A stretch of DNA of 40,256 bases, from assembly GCF_004010195.1 (NCBI RefSeq), contig NC_057720.1, positions 18,758,286-18,798,541 of the forward strand, read 5' to 3'. Made by a program: the position numbers and the translations under genes. This DNA comes from Chiloscyllium plagiosum (Eukaryota). Within the stretch, counting starts at the first letter, position 1. Every line of letters begins with the position of its first letter. Positions 21,713-33,851 of the stretch are shown here, piece by piece. Below the pieces are notes generated by a model, which was not told the DNA's origin, did no database searches, and worked only from the letters and a program-made list of their open reading frames with translations.

Positions 21713-24700
21713 ATGTTAATTAAGGGAGCATTTGCTCCTTAGAACAGTATATGTGAATACATCAAATGGAGGAAAATACCTCCATGGTACACGCAGTGAC
21801 AAAGCTGTTTCAGATCCTGGTGCAAAGGTCATTTTATTGTGATAAAATACCTAGGCAGAGGATTTACTAAACTACCTGTTTTGTTTAACTTGTAAATTCC
21901 AAATAAATGTATTTGTGTTGTACATTATGCACTTGTAGGCATTTCTGTGTGAAAGCTATTAGGCATTTATTTAATTGGTTTATGTTTTAATGCAATTGCA
22001 ATATATTCAAGCTAATCTGAAGAGAAATAATGTTTCGTCGCTAACTAATTTCCTGTAATAGCATCTAATCATCTCATGCCACCCAAATGTGGTTAACCAA
22101 ACTGCTTGAATTTTAGAATCTGATTGATCAGAACTAACTCTTAGCACGCAACCAGCTCTGCCAAGATTGAAATGTTTGAATTATTCTGCATCAACTTTCT
22201 AAAGTTGATAGGTTGTATATTTTAGTATAAGTCTTTATACGTACAATGCATTGAAAGCAATTCTATTCATTCTAGCTGCATGCCCTTAAGTGGGAATCCA
22301 TGCCACAGATTTAATCAGGTCAACAGTGGGAAGGTGGCAGAACCCCTCTCACTACTCCCCCTCCTCATTAAGCTAACCTCCCTCACAACAGCTACCGAAC
22401 TCCCTCAGGGTGGGATGTCTATTCCCGAATACATTTAGAAAGGAATTTTCCTAAATTTATGACCCACTTCACTGGGAGAAGTATTCACTTGTAAAATGCA
22501 ATTGATGAAAAGTCTCAAATTTTATGATGCAATTGTGTTTTTTATCCTGTAACAATGAGAGTGATTGCAGTAGAGGAGTGAGAGATATTGAAATAGTTGG
22601 AGCAGAAGGGACAACATTGGACAAGAAACAAACATTCAGCCCATCAAGATGGCTTCTTTCTCAAATGTGCACAATCCAGAGGATAACATTGGATCCTCCC
22701 TGATGAGTTAATCTCCTGGAAAGATTGTTTTCTTGACCCTTTTAAGATAAATCATTTAGAAGTAGTTTTGCCCAAGTTACTCACTAGCCTTCATACTCTA
22801 CAATAAAATACCATCAAGTCAAACAAACATGGAATTGATCACAAACATAGTTGAGTATTCAAAAGAAACCCTGGAACTTCTAGGTGATTGTTTGGAAAAA
22901 AGAAATGTTTGTGACATGAGCATCCTCCCATTTTAAAACACAGTCTCTCAAAATAATCACTTGAGCATGACTCACTCACATATAACCATGGAAACGGTGA
23001 CCAGTCTGGCAGCAGCCAGCAAATAGAAGCCTTGTGATTTATACATTAAATAGTAAATCACAACCAGCTGTGCAGTCTGAGCAAAAAGATGCATTCCTTG
23101 CGTTATTGATTCCAGTGGCCCATTATGCACCACAGAAAAGAACAGGCTTTATTTAAAATGATTGCTTGTTTTATTCTAAGTAAGATGATCAAAAAAAAGA
23201 TAGAAAATTTTCACAAATTTGTGACCTAATTCGCCACAAGAAAGCACTGAGTTGCATTCATAAATTCCTTAAAAGTGGTTTCTATATTCATGAGAGCATG
23301 ACAGTGACCCAAGTGCTGCTGTTTCATGTGTAAAATGCCCAAAAATAGGCTGATGCTTGGAAGTAACCATTAGTTTATAAAAAGATCTTACCCATTCTAT
23401 GAAATAAATCCAAAGCATTTAAGTTCCTCCATGTTATAGGGGACCCAACTTCCTCCCTCAGATGGAGTTGTGGACTCAGTTGAGTAATGGAAAAGCATTC
23501 ATTAAGAAAAAGGCCAATCCCATCAGAAACAAAGTAATTAATAATTCCACTGTACATTTGAAATGAATTGTCATTTTTGTTGAGGTTTCCTTTTCTTTGT
23601 GAGTCTTCATCTCAGACAGCACTAGGCAGGAGGCACTTCCTCTGCTATACAGCCCGTACTGTGGTTTTCTAATCAAAGTCAGTGGGGCTGCCCACAAGCT
23701 AGTTTACTTACCCGACCTGATCTCTCAGTTATCTCTAATACTATCTGCCCTAGAAGGCTGATAGTTTTCAGTGATATAAATAACTGCTTGTGGTTTGCCC
23801 AGAGATGCTGAACAAAAGTTGGATTATTCTAAACTGTAATCGTTCATTATATGAATGCAGTTTCTCCCAACGACAAAGATGCCATCAACACCTTATCATT
23901 GTAGAATATCTAATTCCTGCCGTCCTCTTATACTGAGTGGTTGGTTGATCTCAATCTTTGGTTGATGTGAACACCTTGGCAACTAGGGAACACAGGAAGG
24001 ATGGTGCTGTTGAAACACAGGGAAGAATAACTGAGCACTCTCTCAGGGGAGGTAATCTTTTTTACCTCCTGTCTATGTGGCTGAAATGTTACCTGTCAGT
24101 CTGTCAGTCCACATCTGGCTATCATCCAGTTCCTGCCTTAAGTTGGTATTAACAATTTCGTTCATGCAGGGGTCTGAATGGATCTGAACTCTGCAGAAAT
24201 ACCATCCATTCCTTCCCTGTTGATAAGCACCAGATCATTCATAAAGGAACAGCAACAAACTGAACCAAAGGCAAGTCCATGAGAGATCTTCAAGCTGTGA
24301 TGACTGGCCACCAATGACCACAACCAATGTCCAATCTATCAGTAAAGCTCTTACAGCAAGTAGTGTGCAGTTGAGTGGAGGAGTTGTTACTTTGATCCTC
24401 TTTGACTTATAATAATACAATCATCATTTCTGTTTGACTAGGATTCTTTGGTACATGCACTTTGATGGTGGCATTGCTGTCAGGTATGTGGAAAGCTTCA
24501 TGTGGAGTTATGAAATTTTGCATAGGTTATGGTGGTCCCAGTCCTGCGTAGATGTTCTCTGTTCTCAACAGTATCTTTTCTCGTTCTTCCTCAGTGATGG
24601 GTTTGGTTAAGGTGGAGAATTAATGAAGCATGTGGTTGGTGGGTGAAATCTATGCACCTCCCAACCCAATTCAGTCCAGGGCAGCAAAGCCTGTGATGGT

Positions 24701-24790
24701 GTCCTGTCCCATTATCAGTTGGAGACCCTTGGTGAGAATTCATGTTTATTTAAGGGCATCACCTTACTGACTGGTACTCACCCTGCAGGA

Positions 24791-24904
24791 TGAAGGGCTT
24801 TTGCCCAAAACGTCGATTTCCTGCTCCTCAGATGCTGCCTGATCTGCTGTGCTTTTCCAGCACCACACTCTCAACTCTAATCTCTAGCATCTGCAGTTCT
24901 CACT
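24791..24904 (+). mobile_element. 114-bp PLE end with 14-bp TSD, truncated inside the hammerhead core
   Basis: CTCACCCTGCAGGA at 24777-24790 and 24905-24918. The insert begins TGAAGGGCTTTTGCCCAAAACGTC. Confidence 0.8.
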
Positions 24905-25029
24905 CTCACCCTGCAGGAGGCAGGATGTTCCCCAGACAGGGATATGACAGGTAAGTACAAGTATATTGGCTAGTGTCTGACATCGGAAAGTGGTGGGACC
25001 ATTGCTGAAAGCCAGACCTCTGTTTGGCA

Positions 25030-26190
25030 GCTGCCAAACAAATACCTGGCATCACCACCAAGAAAATAATCTAACCATCAATTCTCATCATTCAATGGCA
25101 TCCGCCACTATCAATATCCTGGGGGTTTGCCATTGGCCATAAAATGAACTGAAAACAGGCTGTATAAATACTGCATCTATTTGTGCAGGTCAGAAGCTCG
25201 GAATCCAGATGCAAGTAAATCACCTCCTGACTCCCCAAAGCCTGATCACCATCTACAAAGCTCAAGGCAGGAGTGTGATGGAATATTCTCCAGTTGCCTC
25301 AATGATTGCAGCTCCAAAACTCAAGAAATCTTTTTTAAAGTTCACTCTATGAGGTGCAGGCATCACTGCTAAGGCCAGCAATTATTGCCCAGCCCAAATT
25401 GCCTGTAAATCCCTGAGTGGCTTGCAGGGCCAGTTCACAGAGCAATTAAGAGTCAACCATGTTGCTGTGAATCTGCAGTCACATGTAGGCCAATCAGGTA
25501 AGGATGGGCAGGAGGCTGAAGGAACACAGCAAGCTCGGAAACATCAGGAGGTGCCGATGTTGACGTTTTAGGTGTAACCCTTCCAGCATCTGTAGTTTTT
25601 TTGGTCTCTGTTTTTTTCTCACAACAATTGGCAATGATTATATGGTCATCATGAGAACAGTTTTTAACTGCATGTTTTATTGAGTTCATATTTTACCTTG
25701 TTGTGGTGGGATTCAAATATACCTCCCCAGAGCATTAGTCTGGGATTCTGATCCAGTGCCATCTCCACTACACCACCTCCCCAAGTTTGACACCATCCAA
25801 GACAAAGCTGTCGACCTGACTGACACCCTGTCTACACAATGGCAGTAAGGATGTAACATCTACAAGATACACTATGTTAAAGAACTAAAGCTCCTTCAAC
25901 AGCATGTTCTAAACCTGCAGAGACTGCCATATAGAAGGACAAGGGCAGCAGATAAATGGGAGCTCCACAGTCGATGTGTTCCTCTCCAAGCTGCTCATCA
26001 CCCTGATTTGGAATGATGTCTCCCTTCCTTCCCTGTGGCTCGATCCAAATTCTGGAACTCCCTTCCAATCATCACTGTAGGCATATCTACCACCCCAAGG
26101 ATTACAGCCATTAAAGAAGGCAGCTCACTACCAACTTCTCCAAGGCAATTAAGCATTGATAATAAATGCTGGTTTATTTAATGGTGCCCA
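25030..26190 (+). mobile_element. Old CR1/L2-group LINE 3' end with nested SINE
   Basis: Similar to 30495-31010 and to the reverse complement of 15450-15570. Ends AAGAAGGCAGCTCACTACCAACTTCTC..AATAAATGCTGG. Confidence 0.7.
25330..25782 (-). mobile_element. Second tRNA-derived SINE family
   Basis: AAGAGTCAACCA..GTCACATGTAGGCCA..GTAAGGATGG shared with 32770-32832. Degenerate B box near 25710. Confidence 0.65.
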
Positions 26191-26473
26191 CATAGAATCC
26201 CTACTGTGTAGAAGCAGGCCATTTGGCCCATCAGGTCACACCAACCCTCCAAAGAGCATCTCAAGGCAACCCGATCCTTTGTAACCTTACATTTCCCATG
26301 GCCGATCCACCTAACCTTCACATCTTTGGACTCTGGGAGGAAACTGGTGCACCCCAAGGAAGTCCACACAGTCAGAAGGAGAACGTGCAAACTCCACACA
26401 GACAGTCACCCAAGGGTGAAATCGAACCCAGACTCATGGCACAGTGAGGCAGCAATGTTAATACTGCGCCACC
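26191..26473 (-). mobile_element. HE1-type V-SINE (diverged)
   Basis: V-domain GTGCAAACTCCACACAGACAGTC plus tail. Confidence 0.88.
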
Positions 26474-26569
26474 CTAGCTCATAAATTAATTTTTAATAAT
26501 GTTTTCACCCAAGTTCTCACACGTTATAATGATGGAATCATCTGCTTAGTGTTTCTGACTGACAGGTAA

Positions 26570-26690
26570 ATATATGGCCTGGAGGCAGGGGTAATAATGC
26601 TATTGGGATCTTCTACATGCACCTGAAGGGGTGGGCAGGCCCTCAGTTCAGCATTAATCAGAGATGAAACTAAATGTGGTATTCCCTGGG
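26570..26690 (-). mobile_element. DeuSINE (SacSINE1-like) fragment
   Basis: GGGATCTTCTACATGCACCTGA..GGCCCTCAGTT is the reverse complement of the Deu core at 27445-27495. Confidence 0.5.
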
Positions 26691-26919
26691 TACTGATGAT
26701 TCAAAGCTACATGTGCCAATTATTAACTGACTAATTAGATATACTTCTCTTGGGAGCAGAAAGAAATAGCTTTTGCCTGAAGGGATTCCAGGTTGAAACA
26801 CCTGATGAAGTAAATTTTGAAACAGAGGCAACCTTCTGTGAGAAACGCAGTCCCTGACCCAGTCAAGCCAGCAGTCATTCAGGGCTGGATCAAACTGGCT
26901 GTACATTGGGTGTGGCTGA

Positions 26920-27327
26920 GGCTTTTTTATTTCAAAATGTGTTTTATTCATGAAAAATATCTTTATGTATATATAACCATTGTCACAAATGCACTTCACT
27001 TCTGTACAACAGAATATGAAGAAAACAAGCAAACATTGGTGGTTGACTCAATCTCAACAAATAAGCTCTGATGGAGTCATCTAGATTTGAAATGTTAGCT
27101 TGCTCTCTCTCCATTGATGCTGTGATCTCCAGCATTTGTTGTTTTCAGCCCAGATTCCAGCAGTAATTTACTCCTAAACAAACCAAAGGCTTCTCTTACT
27201 TAAACCAGACTGTATTTACATATATTTGAGGCACCAAGAGGGTCTGATAACTGAACAAACCCCTATTTACCATCAGACAGTGGTCTTACTCCACTGTGCC
27301 TTGGCAGCAGCTGCCCCAAGCTTTAGT
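26920..27327 (-). mobile_element. L1/Tx1-like LINE 3' end, with a nested PLE-like short piece at ~27065-27175
   Basis: Minus strand LKLGAAAAKAQWSKTTV* then an AT-rich UTR with AATAAA and an A-rich end. Confidence 0.6.
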
Positions 27328-27700
27328 CACTGAGTTGGTAGCACTCTTGCCTCTCAGTTATGACATTCTGGATTCAAGTCCCACACCAGGTCTTGACAGC
27401 ATCCAACATGGACACTCCTGTGTAATGCTGTCTATCAAATAAGTTGTTAACCTGAGGCCCCATCTGCCTGCCAGGGTGGATGTGAAATGTCCCACGACAC
27501 GTTTCTGCAAGAGAACAGTCATTGCTCACTCATAGTCACAAAACGCACTGCAATGACTGGTCACAATCACATTGTCATTAATGGGAGCTTGCTGTGCACA
27601 GATTGGCTGCTATGATTCCTATATTATGGCAGTGAACTTTCAATAATACTGCAGTGGCTGTAAAATGCTTTGCGAGATCTAGTGGTTATGAAAGTCTTCA
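27328..27700 (+). mobile_element. DeuSINE (SacSINE1-like)
   Basis: tRNA-like head GGTAGCACTCTTGCCTCT..GGATTCAAGTCCCAC. Deu-type GTTAACCTGAGGCCCCATCTGCC and GGGAGCTTGCTGTGCACAGATTGGCTGC. Confidence 0.75.
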
Positions 27701-27759
27701 TTATTATTATCTGGACCAGTCCTCTCTGCTGACAAATTGCCTGGCTTTATCTTATTAAA

Positions 27760-28045
27760 TGGGTGGCAAGGTGGCTCACAGCGTCAGGGACCCAGGTTCG
27801 ATTCCAGCCTGGGGCTACTGTCTGTGTGGAGTTTGCACATTCTCCCCGTGTCTGCATGGGTTTCCTCCGGGTGCTCTGGTTTCCTCCCACAGTCTAAAGA
27901 TGTGCAGGCCAGGTGAATTGGCCATGCTAAATTGTCCATAGTGCTAGGTGCATTAGTCAGAGGGAAATGGGTCTGGATGGGTTACTCTTCAAAGGGTCAG
28001 TGTGGCTGAAGGGCCTGTTTCCACATTGTAGGGAATCTAATCTAA
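27760..28045 (+). mobile_element. HE1-type V-SINE with a deletion in the head
   Basis: B box GGTTCGATTCC, V-domain and AATCTAATCT tail. Confidence 0.9.
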
Positions 28046-28257
28046 ATTGAGTTCCCATGCACACTTATGAGTTAGTCCCTGAACATTTTACCTTGCCAGT
28101 TATCCTTCAACCCTCTTGGAGTTTTGAGATCTAGGGAGTATCTATATAGTGGTGGGGAGTGTGCACTCAACATCAGGAAACAAAACTCAATACTGTAGCT
28201 TGCTTGAATGCTTGGTTTGAATACTCCTGAATATAAAGAAGTATACTTAATGAGAAA

Positions 28258-28670
28258 TAACAACTTGTATTTATATAGCACTTTTCACCATCACCAGGAT
28301 TTTAAAAACACGGACAATTTGGAGTACAGTAATTGTTGTAATGTAAGAAACGTGACAGCCAATGTGCGCACAGAAAGCTCCTACAAACAACAATGTGATA
28401 ACAACCATAAAGCCATAGAGTTATAGCGATGTACAGCACATGAACAGACCAGATGGTCTGTATTTTGTTTGGTTTTGAAAGACGGATGAATAGTGACTAG
28501 TACATGAGGGATAACTCACCCACTCTTCTTTGCAATGGTTCCACAGCATCTTTTACATTTACAAGCAGACTTCAACAAAAGACACCTCTAACAACTCAAT
28601 GCTCTCTCAGTGCTGCACTGGAGAGTCAGCTTTGGATTTGACCTTAGTGAGTGAGAGATCCCAGCTGACC
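28258..28670 (-). mobile_element. DeuSINE (SacSINE1-like), decayed
   Basis: CTTGTATTTATATAGCAC tail and CAGCCAATGTGCGCACAGAAAGCTCC match the reverse complement of 27580-27610. Confidence 0.7.
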
Positions 28671-29296
28671 AAATAAAGCAGAACCAGCTACAGACAGGAA
28701 TGAGCCTGTATTTACCTCTAGTCTGGTGTTCTGTAAGCAGTGCTGCAAGTTAAATGATGCATCACTGTTGCTGACAGTCACATGTCAAACCTGAAGAGGC
28801 TGTTTTCACTTCACACCTGAGGTATTGATGAACCTGCTGGCAACAAAGCATTTCAGTTGGAGGGAGAGACCGCAGTGTTTTCTGGCTTTGTTTTGCTTTG
28901 CAGTTCAGCGTTGGAGCATTTTGCTTATCGATTTGCATGTTGCTTCCCAGTCACTGGAGAAAGTAACTCCGAACCTTAAAGCAGGTGCATGCTTTTTGAG
29001 TGCACTGCTATGTCCCAATGCCATGGGATCCAATTATAAAATAAACAGGGTGGATCAAATAGCTCCAGGCATTTTACAAGATCACAGCAAGGATGAATTC
29101 TCATTTGTAACTGCAGTGGTAAAGTTCACATAGCTATCTTTGTAGTTTGTTCAAATGCTTCATTAAGGTACTGTACTTTGATTATAAAGTCTGCACATTT
29201 CTAAAATGACCAAGATTGAGCTAGGGGTTCATTTGTTTCAAAGTAATATAGAGAGATTGAGATGCAAAACATTAAAAAAAACTGCAAATGGTTATA

Positions 29297-29485
29297 GATA
29301 GAACATAGAACATTACAGCGCAGTACAGGCCCTTCAGCCCTTGATTGTTGCACCGACCTATCATACCAATCTGAAGCCCATCTACCTACACTATTCCATG
29401 TACATCCATATGCTTGGCAATGACGACTTAAATGTACTTAAAGTTGGCGAATCTGCTGCCGTTGCAGGCAAAGCATTCCATACCC
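29297..29485 (-). mobile_element. CR1 3' UTR stub
   Basis: ATAGAACATAGAACATTACAGCGCAGTACAGGCCC, as at 19623. Confidence 0.85.
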
Positions 29486-29884
29486 TACCCTATAGAGGGG
29501 ATAAAATGTATTCATAAAAATTGTCTTCCTGGAGCACACACTCATGGAGCTCTGGGAGTGTGGCAACTTTACCTTTATTCAAAAAACCTGCACTCAGAAT
29601 GTCCTAAATTTCCAATTATCATGGGATTGAAAAATACAATAAATACTGTGCATACAAAATTCCTATGTCTCCTGCCTGACTTTAAAATGCTTCTAACAAT
29701 GTTCACAGATTAATGTCATTATGGAGGTCACACCCAATAACCTGATGAGCTGCCTTTCTGATATTGCTCAGATGCACTGACCAATAAAATCTCAGACACT
29801 CCCACACAGTAATAGAAGGCTTAAAAAAAGTGTTTTTCTGAACCTTTCAATCTTTCTAGTGCCAAAGAACCACAGAATTGCAAA

Positions 29885-30385
29885 TAGAGTCATAGAGTGA
29901 TACGGCACAGAAACGGGCCCTTCAATCCACATGTCCATGCCAACCAGACATCCCAATCTGACCTAGTGCCACCTGCCAGCATTTGGCCCATATCCCTCTA
30001 AACCCTTCTGATTCATATACCTATCCAAATGCCTTTTTAATGTTGTAATTGTACCTGCTGCTTTAGAGAGGGAAGATTTAAAAAGGACCTGAGGGGTAAC
30101 TTTTTCACACACAGAGGATGGTGTGTGTATGGAATGAGCTACCAGAGGTTACAAAGCTCAAAATGTCACCCCTCAGCCTCTGACACTCCAGGAAAAAAAG
30201 CCACAGCCTATTCAGCCTCTCCCTATAACTCAAAGTCTCCAGTCATAGCAACATCCTTGTAAATCTTTTCTGCACCCTCTCACGTTTAACAACATGCTTC
30301 CTGTAGAAGGGCGACTGGAATTGTATGTGGTATTCTAAAAGGGGCCTCACCAACTCTTATACTCAATGTTCTGACCAATGAAGGT
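29885..30385 (-). mobile_element. CR1 3' end with an internal inversion (30064-30149)
   Basis: Collinear with 20883-21510 except for the inverted segment and deletions. Confidence 0.8.
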
Positions 30386-30494
30386 AAGTGTGCAAGGTGA
30401 AAGGATAAGCCCAGCAACTGCAGGTGGTATGGAAATATCTATAAACAATAATGTGGGACAAAATTAATAGACGTATGGACAAATATTACCAGGA

Positions 30495-31012
30495 AATAAC
30501 CATTTCCAACAAGAGACAATCTGACCAACACCCCTTGGCATTCAATGGTATTATCATCACTGAATGCCCCACCTATCAACATCCTGGGGGTTACCATTGA
30601 CCAGAAACTCAACTGAACTCACCACATAAACACAGTGGCTATAAGAAGCTAGGAATAACTAAGTAACCAGCGAGTAACTCACCTCCTGGCTCCCCAAAAA
30701 GATGCACTGCCGACAGTCACCAAAGATCCTCAGACAGCACCTTCCAGACCCATGGCCACTTCCATCTAGAAGGACAAGGACAGCAGATACATGGGAACAC
30801 CACTGCTTGCAAGTTCCCCTTCAAGCCACTCACCACGCTGACTTGGAAATATATCACTGTTCTTTCACTCACGCTGGGGTCAGAATCCTGGAATTCCTTC
30901 CCTAATGGCATTGTGGGTCAACCCTCAGCAGGTGGACTGCAGTGGTTCAAGAAGACAGCTCACCATCACCTTCTCAAGGGCAACTAGGGACAGGTACTAA
31001 ATACTGACCCAG
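30495..31012 (+). mobile_element. Old CR1/L2-group LINE 3' end inserted among CR1 fragments (30395-30490, 31015-31140)
   Basis: CATTCAATGGTATTATCATCACTGAATGCCCC..GACCAGAAACTCAACTG. 3' UTR matches 25900-26170. Confidence 0.75.
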
Positions 31013-31589
31013 TGACTGGAACAGATAGACAATAAATGAAATTTAACGAGAAGAAATGTGAAATGCTTCCCTTTGATAGGAAGAACATGGAAAGATAATA
31101 TAAAATATAAGGTACAATTTTAAAGCCTGTACTGTGGAATCTGGGTTTATACCATTTTCAAAACAATTGAACAAATTAAATCAAATTAATGAGTCATAAC
31201 CCCTTAAAGGAGTATTGTAACAAAAATGAAATCATCAAAGTGAACTTAAAATTCAACTTGTAATTGTAGTGGGGAGATGATACACTCAAGCCCCTGTGGT
31301 GCCCACAGGTTCGGGAAGCCCTTAAGTGTTGCATTGGACACAACATGCTCCCCCAGCAGGGACACCAGGGAAAGGCTGTAATCACAGAAGGGAGACAAAC
31401 GGGTGAGGTTTAATGGCCCTATCCATGATCCACTACCTGGATTTGTTTATAGCCACCTTGGCCAGACCCATGGGGTGATCCTTTAAGTGTTTGTGTCCCC
31501 TTCCCTACTGATCATCAGCAATTAGGAGGGTGGGGTTGAAGTGCAACCAAAAGTACAGAAGCTCCCTCAAATAATATAAAAAGGCTGAC

Positions 31590-32260
31590 CTGCTGTACAT
31601 GTGCATAAATCATTGAAGGTGACAGAACAGGTTGAGACAGAAATTGTTAAGCGCTATTCATAGAAACATCAAGTACAAAAGCTAGACATTATGTGGAACT
31701 TGCATCAGACACCAGCCCAGCCTCAACTGGACTATTAGAACCAGTTTCTGGGCCAGGCACTTTAGGAGAGAGTGCAGGAAAGGTTTGTAAGAATGTATGT
31801 GAGTTATGAAATTGCGTTATGAATATAGATTGGAAAATTTAGGACAATTTTCCCTGGAGAAAAGAAGGTCGAGAGGGCATTTGATCGATGTATTCAAAAC
31901 CATGAGAGGTCTGGAGAGCGTAGGTAGGGAGAAAGTGTAATCAATCATGAAAGGAGCAAGAGTGAGATGTCCCGGAGTTAAAGTAATTGGTTAAAGAAAT
32001 CCAAAATGATAAAGCAATCATAAAGTCACAGTGACATGAAGGAAATCCTTTTCACGCATTTAATGATTAGGGTGTGGAATGCATTGCCTGACAGTGTGAT
32101 AGAAACAGGTTTAATTGAAATGTTCAGAGGATAAAGTGTGCAGAGTTACAGGGAGTATGCAGGAGAATGGCAGTAAATGGATCGCTCGTGTGGAGAGCCA
32201 ATGCTGACATGATGGACTGAATTGACTCCTTCAGCACTACAGTAAATCTGTCTTGCTATT
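31590..32260 (+). mobile_element. Heavily decayed CR1 3' end
   Basis: Remnants of PQLDY, LGQFSLEKRRSRGHLIDVFK and VWNALP, followed by the 3' UTR. Confidence 0.7.
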
Positions 32261-32724
32261 GCTGATTCAGCTCAGGATAAAAGAGATCATCTAAGCAATG
32301 GAAATCTGAAGAGTAGGTTCTTTGATGTTATTCTTCACTAACCCAAGCTAAATTTCCATAACAAGAGCCTGTACTGGCCTACAGTAGAAGATGTTGCCAG
32401 TATTTCTGTGAGCTCATCAACAGAGTGGCTAAGACATAATTGACCTTAGTCACATTTGGTTAAGATTTAGGAATGTCGAGCCTTATTCTCACTTTGAATG
32501 CTGTCAAGTGATGTTTCATAGAAGAGTGCATTTGCAGATGGTAGGTTAGGACAAGATTGGATTGACGTCGATGCCCCAGAATGAAATATTTTATTCTAAG
32601 CTTTCCCCCATTTGCCCACAATGCAAACCCATGTGGGATTATAGTTCAATTTGAACTGAGTGTCTCACAGTATTCTAGCAGGGTTACTGGAGAGGGCACC
32701 TTGGCTGATTTCTGATTCACTCAC

Positions 32725-33035
32725 AGGTTGCAGACATTGTTGGTGAGGCCCATTCCAGTTGCTAGGAGTTAAGAGTCAATCACATCACAGTTGCTCTGAA
32801 GTCACATGTAGGCCAGACCAAGTAAGGATGGCAATTTTGGTCCCTAAAATGAACCTGATGGGTTTTTGTTCCCCAAAAATTGACAATGGTCATCATTAAA
32901 CCTCTTAGCCCCGGAATTTTATTGATTTCAAATTCCACTGTCTGGTGTGGTAGGATTCAAACCTGGGATCCTGAAACTTTTCCAGGACCTCTGTATTAAT
33001 AGTCTAGTGATAATATCACTAGGCCATCACCTCCC
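32725..33035 (-). mobile_element. Second tRNA-derived SINE family
   Basis: Reverse complement begins GGGGAGGTGATGGCCTAGTGATATTATCACTAGACTA..CAGGTTTGAATCCTACCA (A/B boxes). Confidence 0.75.
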
Positions 33036-33361
33036 CGGTGCACCAACCCCATGGTCCTGAGACCTATTGTAACATCCAGCTGCCCTAAGTATGCTCAGTG
33101 AACCCAACAGAAATTGGGGCCAAGCATCAGAATTCTGTCCATTGAGATGGACTTCTGTTGGAATAGAACTTCTGAATGGTATCCAAGCAGCAAGGCATCT
33201 TCCAGGGAGAACAGTACTCAATACGGCAGCAGGGTGGGACGCTCCGGTTGGAGCTCCTCTGCTTGCCAGACCATTCCCCTTTTCCTTCCTTTCTCTCCAA
33301 TTTGTAGCTTTTCTTTTAATTCAACCCCATACCCCTTCGCCCCACCTCACCTGGAGTCGCG

Positions 33362-33851
33362 GAGTGGAGCAAGCACGGGTCGAGTCCCCCGGGAGAGTGA
33401 GCACGGACCGAGTCCCCCGAAACGGAGTGAGCATGGGCCGAGTCCTCCAGGGGAGTGAGCACGGGTTGAGTCCCCCGGAGGAGTGAGCACAGGCCGAGTC
33501 CCCCGGAACAGAGTGAGCAGGGGCCGAGTCCGCTGGGAGAGTGAGCACTGGCCGAGTCCCCCGGGGGGATGAGCATGGCCGAGATCCCCGGAACAGAGTG
33601 AGCACGGATTGAGTCCTCCAGGGGAGTGAGCACGGATTGAGTCCCCCGGGGGAGTGAGCACGGACTGAGTCCCCCAGGGGAGTGAGCACGGGCCAAGTCC
33701 CCCGGAACAGAGTGAGCACGGGCCATGTCCTCTGGGGGAGTGAGCACGGACCGAGTCCCCCGGAACAGGGTGAACATGGACCGAGTCCCCCGGGGCAGTC
33801 AGCACTGATCGAGTCCCCCGGGAAAGTGTGAACGGGCCGAGTCCCCCAGGG
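33362..33851 (-). repeat. 28-30 bp minisatellite, inverted block (~17 units)
   Basis: Units GAGTGAGCACGGGCCGAGTCCCCCGG(AACA/GG), the reverse complement of the main array. Confidence 0.95.

Noticed and set aside
31245..31550. Possible MITE-like insertion (also ~22270-22450 and 24610-25000)
   Set aside because: GC-richer patches with hints of inverted ends, but TIRs and TSDs could not be defined by eye.
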